Below, in pieces: positions 6,948-14,739 of a DNA stretch of 26,519 nucleotides. Under the pieces are notes generated by a model that was given only the letters and a program-made list of their open reading frames with translations, was not told where the DNA came from and ran no database searches. Made by a program: the position numbers and the translations under genes. The stretch is from a virus. Its lineage: Duplodnaviria; Caudoviricetes. Numbering within the stretch: position 1 is the first letter of the stretch; each line of letters begins with the position of its first letter. The stretch spans positions 1-26,519 of IMG/VR virus record IMGVR_UViG_3300012952_000111; one strand, written 5' to 3'.

Positions 6948-7571
6948 TTAAGGGATTTTAATGAACCAGCCTGTCGCAATATATTTATCATGGGTAAAGA
7001 CTGTGTTTCCACGATGAACATGTGTCATTCCTGCTGGCCAGATCAGTAATGTACCTGTTTGTGGTTTGTATCTTTTCTTTTGATACAAGAATTCAGTCTC
7101 TGCTTCGCCGTCTGGCATATCATTTAAGTATACCATCCATGCTAACTCTCTATTTGCTGCTCTAAAACTAGAGTTTTCATAATGCCAAGTATGATAACCA
7201 CCTCCAACTGGAGTTTTTTGTACTTTTAAACCAACTGATGCTAGTTTAACTTTACTAATATGATCATACTCTTGCCTATAGTTCTCAAATGCAGAATTCA
7301 GATATTTATAGAAATGTGCTGACAATCCCATGTCAATATCATCATACATCATACTAACATCGTTACGTGCTAGTTTCTTTTGTGGCATTTGATTACTACC
7401 ATGTTGTATATAATCTGGATTGATCTCTAAATGCTTTTCAAAATTAGATATGATAGAATTACATATTTCATGATGTACAAGTCTTCTATACACACCAATA
7501 AAATCTTCAAATTTTCCTTCTAATCTATCAGGATCAATAATCAATCCACTCTCCCTCGCTTCTAACATCAA
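6948..7571 (-). CDS. 2OG-Fe(II) oxygenase (prolyl-4-hydroxylase-like, cyanophage type)
   Basis: GGYHTWHYE (HxE), LAWMVYLND, ETEFLYQ, GTLLIWPAGMTHVHRGN, KYIATGW. ATGA overlap with the tail fibre stop. Confidence 0.92.
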   Translation of the reverse strand: MMLEARESGLIIDPDRLEGKFEDFIGVYRRLVHHEICNSIISNFEKHLEINPDYIQHGSNQMPQKKLARNDVSMMYDDIDMGLSAHFYKYLNSAFENYRQEYDHISKVKLASVGLKVQKTPVGGGYHTWHYENSSFRAANRELAWMVYLNDMPDGEAETEFLYQKKRYKPQTGTLLIWPAGMTHVHRGNTVFTHDKYIATGWFIKIP

Positions 7572-10500
7572 TAAGCTCTGATCATGTACTTAACTAAATG
7601 ATACCTTGTTAACAGCGGAATGTCAATCTCTGGTTGTAATGCAGATGAAACACTTAACTTAACAGCAGATGATAATGTAAATGTTCCTTCATTCACATCA
7701 AGACCAGCGGAGTTAATTGGATCTCCCTGTGGTTCAATACGTTCGGTAACAAATTCAATTCCTAAATCAGTTTTACCAGATGGGTATGTTGTAATAGTTG
7801 ATTCTACTTCATTATGAGAGAATGAAACATAGTCAATACCAAAATTATCATTATCTGCATTTCCAGCAACAGATCTTGTTTGTCTTATCTCTAAAATTAA
7901 ATTGCTCACTTGATATGCTGTTGGTAAAGGAATATCAACTAACGTCCAAGTTGAAGGACCTATAGCAGAAGAAATTGTACCAATCTTAGTGAAACTAGTA
8001 GCATTATCATTACTAGCAAATAGTTCTAGTGGTTCATTTGGTGCTTCTCCACCATTAGAACCATTACCACAAATAACTCTCATTCTAACTGTATTGATTG
8101 CTGATGTTTTTGAATTAGATACAGTAGCATTAACAGGAATTGATCTTGCATATCTAGTAGCTTCACTTCCAAAAAATCTAAGATATTTTTGTGCGTCAAC
8201 AGGTGCAAAACCACCATTTACACCAGTTCCAGTTCCAGACTGAACATAATCAACAGAAGGACTTGCACTATCAAATAATCCAGAAGTTACTGAAGTTCCT
8301 GTGCCACCAGAAATAGTTTCAGTTGTTTGATAACCAATGTAACCAGAACCTGGATTTCCACCTGCAACGCCACTAGCACCAACAACCAATGTTCCAGCGT
8401 TGATATCAACAGCAGGAAAATCAAATGATAAGTATGAACCTGATCCACCGCCACCGCCACCATCGCCATAATATGTCTGGTTTTCTACAGCGATCATTTC
8501 AACAGATCCTGCAGATCCACCTAGTTGTTGTCCTATCCCAACAACAGCACCATTACCAGCATTACCAGAAGTGATAAGTGATGCTGTAGGACCTGCACCA
8601 GATCCTTTATATCCACTTTGTCCCCTCTGTGCACCATAACCGTCTCTACGTGCGTTGGAACCGTTTCCAGCACCTCCACCTCCACCAATACCAGCACCGA
8701 AACCGACGCCACCACCACCTGCTCCACCTCCTCCACCAGAGCAAACAGAGTTACCACCATTACCACCACTACCAGAGAAAATATTAGCTAAGTTTTGAGC
8801 ACCATCATTACCAGAAGGACCACCGTTTTGGTCAGCACCTTGAGTTGCATCACCTGCAGCACCACCGCCACCTCCACCGCCAGATCCAGCGATCATATAA
8901 AGAGAAGTACCAACAGCAGACGCAGAACCACCGCCTCCGCCTCCGCCTCCACCAGTACCGTTACCTCCACTACCACCAGGAGCAAAACCATTTTGGTCAC
9001 CTGCACCACCAGTTTTATTAACACCTGATGATCCACCACCACCAACATAAATTCTTAATGATCCTCCTGAAGGAATACCATTAATATTGACAGACAAACT
9101 TTTACCATCACCACCATTTCCTCCCCACCAGCCTGCGCCACCATCACCAGTACCACCTGATCCACCGCCACCACCTTTAATGACTGCTTTTAGATTATCA
9201 AGTGGCCAAGCACTAGGTGCGGTATAAGTATAGAAAGAACCAGATGGTGTAGGGAATACCTGATTTACTTCATTTGTTCCAGTATACAAAGTTCTAGCAC
9301 CATCTCCACCAGCACCTCCAATATAAGATGTAGTACCACCTGTACCTCCACCACTAGGACCTCCACTGGTACCAGCATTTCCAGAGAAATATTGAGATAT
9401 ATTAATATCTAATCCAGCTACGTTATATGTCCCCGCTGCAGTAATATTTGTTGCACCAGCTGATCCAGTAACAATTCTTGCTTGACCTCCAGTTCCTGCA
9501 GCACCTCCAGACTGACCCTCTTGTCCACCAGCACCACCTTCTGATACAATTTGAATTGTATTTCCATTGTAATTAAACTCATAATAAGTATCACCACCAT
9601 TAGTACCATTAACATCACTAGTAGCACCTCCAGCACCTGCACCACCAAGATTTCCAGAGACGCCCACTATAGGTAGTTGTGATGTAGTTGGAGCTGGAAC
9701 TGTATAAGATCCCGCAGTTATTTGTTCTACGATAGTTGTTGTGGTAGATATAGATCCACCTGGCAATTGAATTGTTTTACCACCAATAGTATACGAATCA
9801 TCAATATCATATACAGTATCAGTTGGTTGCTGAATAACTGTAACACTATCTGATGGTAAATCACCTGCGACTTTATATGCTAATTCTATTACAATATTTT
9901 GACCACCACTACCATTAGTTGATGCTATTAATGCTTCACCTAATCTAGCTTTGTATTTTGAAGTTGCAACATAAAAATTATCATCGTCAATTACAATTAC
10001 ATACCACTCTGTGTTCTGTGAAAATGTTACAGCAACACCATCTATATTGAATACTAATTGAGTTGTTTGATCATTTGACTTAACTCTAATTTTATATCCA
10101 GTAGCTAGATCATGACCAGCAATATTAAATTTAGTTCCTTCAGTTTCACCAATAATATTTGTTGCAGTAATAGTTACATCTACTGTCTCACCAATACCAC
10201 CAACGTTACCAAATGTAGAAAGAGAAGGATCAGTAATAACAAAATCTACTAAACCATGACTATGAAATAGTGGTGTTCCTCCATTTGGTAAGAAAAAGTT
10301 AACTTGTCCTGTAGAGTCTTTATAACCAGCAAGATGATTATCAACAGCAAATCCAGACCCTTCAAATGCTCCTGCCTGAGGTGCTGTTGATGTCATAATA
10401 GCATGTTCATGTTCGGGAACTGAAGATATCATTTTCTCCTGTAAAGGACCTATTCCTAGTGTCACTTCACCTGTCAAACTTCCACCAACAAATTCAGATA

Positions 10501-11794
10501 TATTTGAGTATCCACTGATTACAATATTTCCAATATCAAATAATGCTTCCTGTTGTGATTTAGAAAAGAACCATCTACCACCAGTCGCACCAACAGTTGA
10601 GATAACATTTCCAGATACAGGAGATCCACCACCACTAACACCACCGCCAGCACCAACAAATTTTCTACCTTTATAATCAGGAACATTAAATTTAATAGCT
10701 GATGCTTGTCCAAAATCCTCTGGATCATATGTTCCACCAAGTCCACCATACTTATCCTCTATAACTTGATATAAAAGTGGATAATCTTGTGCATCATATT
10801 CTGATCCATCACAATATAACCAACCAGGATATTGCATAGCTGGATCAGAAGCAGTCGTAGAAGATGTAGTTACAATTTCAACTCTTGCTGTTCCACTACT
10901 GCCTGGTTGTAAAATATAAACTACATCACCATTTTGATAACCATAACCTTGTTTTTTAACAGTAGCAAAATTTACACTACTATCCTGATTTGCTAAGATG
11001 CCAACAGTCAATCCAAATCCAGTTGTTGATGCCACACTGACTGTTCCATTGGATCCAATATTAGTGATGTTATAATATTTACCTGCATTAATATCTCCAT
11101 TACTTCTAGCAAATCTAATAGTATTTACATCAACAACATCAACGTAAAATGTAAATCCTTTGTCAACCGAAACACCACCAGTGCCACCTGTTGACAGTGT
11201 TAATGATGCTGCAGCTGAAGTTCCACCACCACCAATTAATGTAACTTGAGGGAATTGATATCCCACACCACCATTAACAACAGTAATTCCAGTTACTTGT
11301 CCTGAATTAACATCAATTTGTGCATTAAATGTACCAGCACTAACAGGACCACTTCCATTGTCAGTTATTTGTACAAGTGGTGGTGCTGTATAATTCTGAC
11401 CACCATCAGTAATAGTAAAAGATTGAATAGATGCTCCTAGTGCACATTTATTTGGAGCTTGAGTTGTTGTAATAACTGTTAATTTATCACCTACAACAAA
11501 AGGATGATTAGGAATACTAATAAAATCTGTTCCCTCTTGAAATGCTGTTGCTGGAATGTCAAAAGTCACAGGACCTGTAGGATAACCAGCAATTGTTCCT
11601 AAATCAGTCACATATCCAGTTCCGCCACCACTACCAGTAGCAACTGCTCCCAAACCATTAGGATCTACTACACCATTATCAGTGACTTTATCATCTGTTG
11701 CTTTAAAAATAGGAACAATAGAACCAATTGGCAAGGTAGAATTGCCATAGGTTGCTTTATCTGTAAGAAAATTAGAGCGTATGTTTCTTGACAT
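7568..11794 (-). CDS. Tail fibre protein with split tail-collar domain, glycine-rich domains and a C-terminal reelin-like beta-sandwich
   Basis: PIGSIVPIF (aa ~22-30) ... YPGWLYCDGSEYDAQDYPLLYQVI...FNVPDYKGRKFVG (from aa ~321); HEH/HSH motifs; polyglycine tracts; terminal VKYMIRAY collar-closing strand. Confidence 0.85.
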   Translation of the reverse strand: MSRNIRSNFLTDKATYGNSTLPIGSIVPIFKATDDKVTDNGVVDPNGLGAVATGSGGGTGYVTDLGTIAGYPTGPVTFDIPATAFQEGTDFISIPNHPFVVGDKLTVITTTQAPNKCALGASIQSFTITDGGQNYTAPPLVQITDNGSGPVSAGTFNAQIDVNSGQVTGITVVNGGVGYQFPQVTLIGGGGTSAAASLTLSTGGTGGVSVDKGFTFYVDVVDVNTIRFARSNGDINAGKYYNITNIGSNGTVSVASTTGFGLTVGILANQDSSVNFATVKKQGYGYQNGDVVYILQPGSSGTARVEIVTTSSTTASDPAMQYPGWLYCDGSEYDAQDYPLLYQVIEDKYGGLGGTYDPEDFGQASAIKFNVPDYKGRKFVGAGGGVSGGGSPVSGNVISTVGATGGRWFFSKSQQEALFDIGNIVISGYSNISEFVGGSLTGEVTLGIGPLQEKMISSVPEHEHAIMTSTAPQAGAFEGSGFAVDNHLAGYKDSTGQVNFFLPNGGTPLFHSHGLVDFVITDPSLSTFGNVGGIGETVDVTITATNIIGETEGTKFNIAGHDLATGYKIRVKSNDQTTQLVFNIDGVAVTFSQNTEWYVIVIDDDNFYVATSKYKARLGEALIASTNGSGGQNIVIELAYKVAGDLPSDSVTVIQQPTDTVYDIDDSYTIGGKTIQLPGGSISTTTTIVEQITAGSYTVPAPTTSQLPIVGVSGNLGGAGAGGATSDVNGTNGGDTYYEFNYNGNTIQIVSEGGAGGQEGQSGGAAGTGGQARIVTGSAGATNITAAGTYNVAGLDINISQYFSGNAGTSGGPSGGGTGGTTSYIGGAGGDGARTLYTGTNEVNQVFPTPSGSFYTYTAPSAWPLDNLKAVIKGGGGGSGGTGDGGAGWWGGNGGDGKSLSVNINGIPSGGSLRIYVGGGGSSGVNKTGGAGDQNGFAPGGSGGNGTGGGGGGGGGSASAVGTSLYMIAGSGGGGGGGAAGDATQGADQNGGPSGNDGAQNLANIFSGSGGNGGNSVCSGGGGGAGGGGVGFGAGIGGGGGAGNGSNARRDGYGAQRGQSGYKGSGAGPTASLITSGNAGNGAVVGIGQQLGGSAGSVEMIAVENQTYYGDGGGGGGSGSYLSFDFPAVDINAGTLVVGASGVAGGNPGSGYIGYQTTETISGGTGTSVTSGLFDSASPSVDYVQSGTGTGVNGGFAPVDAQKYLRFFGSEATRYARSIPVNATVSNSKTSAINTVRMRVICGNGSNGGEAPNEPLELFASNDNATSFTKIGTISSAIGPSTWTLVDIPLPTAYQVSNLILEIRQTRSVAGNADNDNFGIDYVSFSHNEVESTITTYPSGKTDLGIEFVTERIEPQGDPINSAGLDVNEGTFTLSSAVKLSVSSALQPEIDIPLLTRYHLVKYMIRAY

Positions 11795-11795
11795 T

Positions 11796-13523
11796 TTAGG
11801 TCTTAATTAAGTAATCTACCATAACAAAAGGAGAGATTAAATTATCAATTTTGGTATCAGTCTCTGGTTGAATAGCAATAGAAGCATTCATTCCATCAAC
11901 AGAAATAAATGTCTCTGGTATATCTATCTTATAGTTAGTGAGTCCAGTTGTATAGGTAATAGTATGTGTATGTTGTGTGGGATCAGCATCATAATCAAAA
12001 GGCGTTGTAGTCTCAATAATGTTTGAAACTTGAGGGTATGCAACATTAGCATTGCTACTAACTAAAGTATCACATGGTAAAACATTATGTAATGATTGAT
12101 CATGAGGATATGCTGCAGCGTCAGCTGCGTTTGCAAAAGTTGTAGTGGTTACTCTAAGACTAATTCCTCCACTACCAGTAGAAGGTGCACCACTAATATT
12201 TTTTCCTTGAACATCAGGAAAAGTTAGAACATCACCAGCTTGATAATTCTGACCAGCATCAATAAAAGCAAGAATTTTATATCTTGTATTACTTGGAGCA
12301 CCAGCATCACCTGGCCATGCCTCAAAACGAACTAAAACTCTAAATCCAGTTCCATTACCACCAACCATGTCAACTTCTTGTTGACCAAAATCACTTAAAT
12401 TACTCCATACACTCCCTCCACCATAAGTTGTATACGCCCACTGTCCAACACCTTTACTATAATATGCTGGTGTTGCCACATCAAAACTTTCATATAATTC
12501 AAATGATTGCACAGTACCACTAGCACTAGCTGCAGAAGTAGGAATATTATCACTACCAACACCATTACCACCTGCGATATAGTTAGCAGCTACAAAATAA
12601 CTAGTGCTTGGGCAAGTAAATGGAAGTGTAACTGTAATAAATCCGACAGTATAGGTTTGAAGGCAATCACCCTCTGGAGTAGTATCAACGGTAAATCCTT
12701 TTCCAGTAGGAACTAAACAACTACTAATAAATCCACCACAAGTTCCTTTACAAATACCATAATATTCAAAACTTGCTGAGAAAGCACCGCCACCAGGAAT
12801 ATATGTGCCAGTATCCCATATTTCTGATTGTGCATAATATTTACATGCAGGTTGTCTTCCATCACCAGAATCAGTAGCATCAAACCAATTTTCCACGCCA
12901 ATTGTAGATGCGTTCGTAAAATAATTTAACTCAAACACTGCACTACCTTGACGTCTAACAGTTCTAGATCTAAATGTTGTAGTATAATGCATGTGTGGTA
13001 GAAAAGCATTTGCAGGTACAACTTCTTCATCAGGTCTTCTAGGTTTTGTGAAACCAACATTACCTGTAAGATTAACAGTTCTAGCAGGAACTCTAAATTG
13101 CCCTATCATGTCAACAACTGCAACACTTCCTACATTAGATGATACGGTAACACCAACACCAGATCTTTCAACAGTTTGACCTGAAGCGTTAACTACTGTG
13201 TTATCATTAATAACACCTTGATCTGATGCAGAGCTAGCTCTAATAAACTTAGATCTTAAGTCTGGTAATTGAAATTGTGTATCCGATAAAGTTGATCCAT
13301 CTTGTTTAAATGCACATTCATCACCTGTTCCAAGAACCTCTGCTAGTGCTGGGTATACTGTTGAACTAAGAATTGAACCATCACATCTTAAATAACCAGC
13401 AGGAAGTAATTCTGCACTATTTCCTACATTAGGATCATTTACTTCTAACTCTTGAGGAAAAGCAATGAGCGTTCCTGTAGTTGTTCCTATCTTAGTTCTT
13501 TCTTGGTTTAAAAAGACTGCCAT
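11796..13523 (-). CDS. Tail-collar-domain fibre/baseplate-associated protein
   Basis: GTLIAFP...PAGYLRCDGS...YPALAEVLG...FQLPDLRSKFIR collar; HMH and HTH motifs; terminal VDYLIKT. Confidence 0.85.
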   Translation of the reverse strand: MAVFLNQERTKIGTTTGTLIAFPQELEVNDPNVGNSAELLPAGYLRCDGSILSSTVYPALAEVLGTGDECAFKQDGSTLSDTQFQLPDLRSKFIRASSASDQGVINDNTVVNASGQTVERSGVGVTVSSNVGSVAVVDMIGQFRVPARTVNLTGNVGFTKPRRPDEEVVPANAFLPHMHYTTTFRSRTVRRQGSAVFELNYFTNASTIGVENWFDATDSGDGRQPACKYYAQSEIWDTGTYIPGGGAFSASFEYYGICKGTCGGFISSCLVPTGKGFTVDTTPEGDCLQTYTVGFITVTLPFTCPSTSYFVAANYIAGGNGVGSDNIPTSAASASGTVQSFELYESFDVATPAYYSKGVGQWAYTTYGGGSVWSNLSDFGQQEVDMVGGNGTGFRVLVRFEAWPGDAGAPSNTRYKILAFIDAGQNYQAGDVLTFPDVQGKNISGAPSTGSGGISLRVTTTTFANAADAAAYPHDQSLHNVLPCDTLVSSNANVAYPQVSNIIETTTPFDYDADPTQHTHTITYTTGLTNYKIDIPETFISVDGMNASIAIQPETDTKIDNLISPFVMVDYLIKT

Positions 13524-13524
13524 T

Positions 13525-14739
13525 TTAGTAAGCTCTGATAATCATCAACACAGTTTGTGATGGAGTTTGATTGTCCATAAGAATATTTAACGCATCAGGG
13601 ATGTCAGAAACGTTAACAGTATAAGATTGTACGTTATTCACAGCAATATTTGGTGGAATTCTAAGACCACCTATGTTCATAGAAACATCAAAACTGAAGT
13701 GGTTGTGTGATGCCACTGTTGCATCAGTAAAATCTTGTCCAATATGACTAAGGTTAGTTGGATATGTTTGAGAGACATTTCCATCGTAATAGTTTGGTCT
13801 ACCAAAAATAGTGGTTGGTGGTGGAAATATACCAGTAACCTGTCTCATAGAATGATCATAAGCACCAGAAGCTGCAACGTTGTAAGTATCAGAAAATCCC
13901 TGTGTGTATGCACCAAAGGAAGGAATAGCTCTTGTTGAGTTTGCTGCTGGAATTCTGTCTGAAGTGAATTGTTTTGTTTCATTTGTTAATATTAAAGATC
14001 CTGTATTTGCTCCCTCTTGTTCATAGTATGTCATTGAACCAAATCCATTTGTCCACTGGTCTGGAGTATCAGTGTTTTGAATACCATTTAAGTTCGCAGA
14101 TTCATAGTTAGCACCAGTTTGTGCTGTTGGTGCCTCAAAAACTTGAACATATTTACCACTAGTGGCAGCTGTTGTGTATTGTCCTGCATGTTTATGACCT
14201 GGCGTATGGTCAATACCTAATTTTCTTCCAATAGTATAATATGTTTTAGACCATGTAGGATCATTTAATGAAATATTTTGAATTTTCCCTGCCATTGTGT
14301 CAATTGGATCTAATTGAAATTGTAGATCCGTATCAGCACTGTAGATAGTTGGCGGAGTAACACCAGTACCATCCTCAGAAATTAGATCACCAATCACAGC
14401 TTCAGCGTCAGGTTGTCCAAATTGATATTTACTATTTTGTAAATATGATTTCTCAATGTCAACCAATGACCTACCATTTAGATTAGGAACTCTAAAAGTA
14501 TCTCCCTCATCAAAATCAGGAAAGTTTCCAACAATTGATGTATCAGTAGGACCATAAGTATTTCCTATCATGGATGCTAACAAAGGAAAATCATTAGCTG
14601 AAAAAGTTCTACCATCACAAACAATCCACCCTGTGGGTATATTATTAGGAAGATTACCAAGACTAGACTGTCCTCCCCAAGGCATAATAGTGCCCACTGG
14701 AGAAGACTTCATAGTTTTTAGTCTGTTATAGAACGCCAT
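13525..14739 (-). CDS. Tail-collar-domain protein (short tail fibre-like)
   Basis: PVGTIMPWGG...IPTGWIVCDGR...FPLLASMIGNTYG...FRVPNLNGR collar; HKH and HNH motifs; terminal MIIRAY. Confidence 0.87.
   Translation of the reverse strand: MAFYNRLKTMKSSPVGTIMPWGGQSSLGNLPNNIPTGWIVCDGRTFSANDFPLLASMIGNTYGPTDTSIVGNFPDFDEGDTFRVPNLNGRSLVDIEKSYLQNSKYQFGQPDAEAVIGDLISEDGTGVTPPTIYSADTDLQFQLDPIDTMAGKIQNISLNDPTWSKTYYTIGRKLGIDHTPGHKHAGQYTTAATSGKYVQVFEAPTAQTGANYESANLNGIQNTDTPDQWTNGFGSMTYYEQEGANTGSLILTNETKQFTSDRIPAANSTRAIPSFGAYTQGFSDTYNVAASGAYDHSMRQVTGIFPPPTTIFGRPNYYDGNVSQTYPTNLSHIGQDFTDATVASHNHFSFDVSMNIGGLRIPPNIAVNNVQSYTVNVSDIPDALNILMDNQTPSQTVLMIIRAY

Noticed and set aside
6944-7021. N-terminal 26 codons of the 306-aa ORF in the track
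   Set aside because: They overlap the conserved C-terminus of the oxygenase; ATG at 6943 directly after its stop is the better start.
6982-7310. T4 late-promoter-like TATAAATA (7310-7303) and GATAAATA (6989-6982) on the minus strand
   Set aside because: Both fall inside the oxygenase coding sequence (YKY and DKY codons) of an AT-rich genome, so chance cannot be excluded without TSS data. The second is ~40 nt upstream of the chaperone start and remains possible.
8440-9180. CCACCx-type triplet runs as DNA microsatellites, CRISPR or collagen repeats
   Set aside because: They encode polyglycine tracts with mixed codons; there is no repeat-spacer structure and no sustained Gly-X-Y periodicity.
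10830-11735. Collar-splitting insert as an intein or intron
   Set aside because: No Cys/Ser start with a His-Asn end, no endonuclease motifs, no frame break; the insert consists of structural repeat modules.
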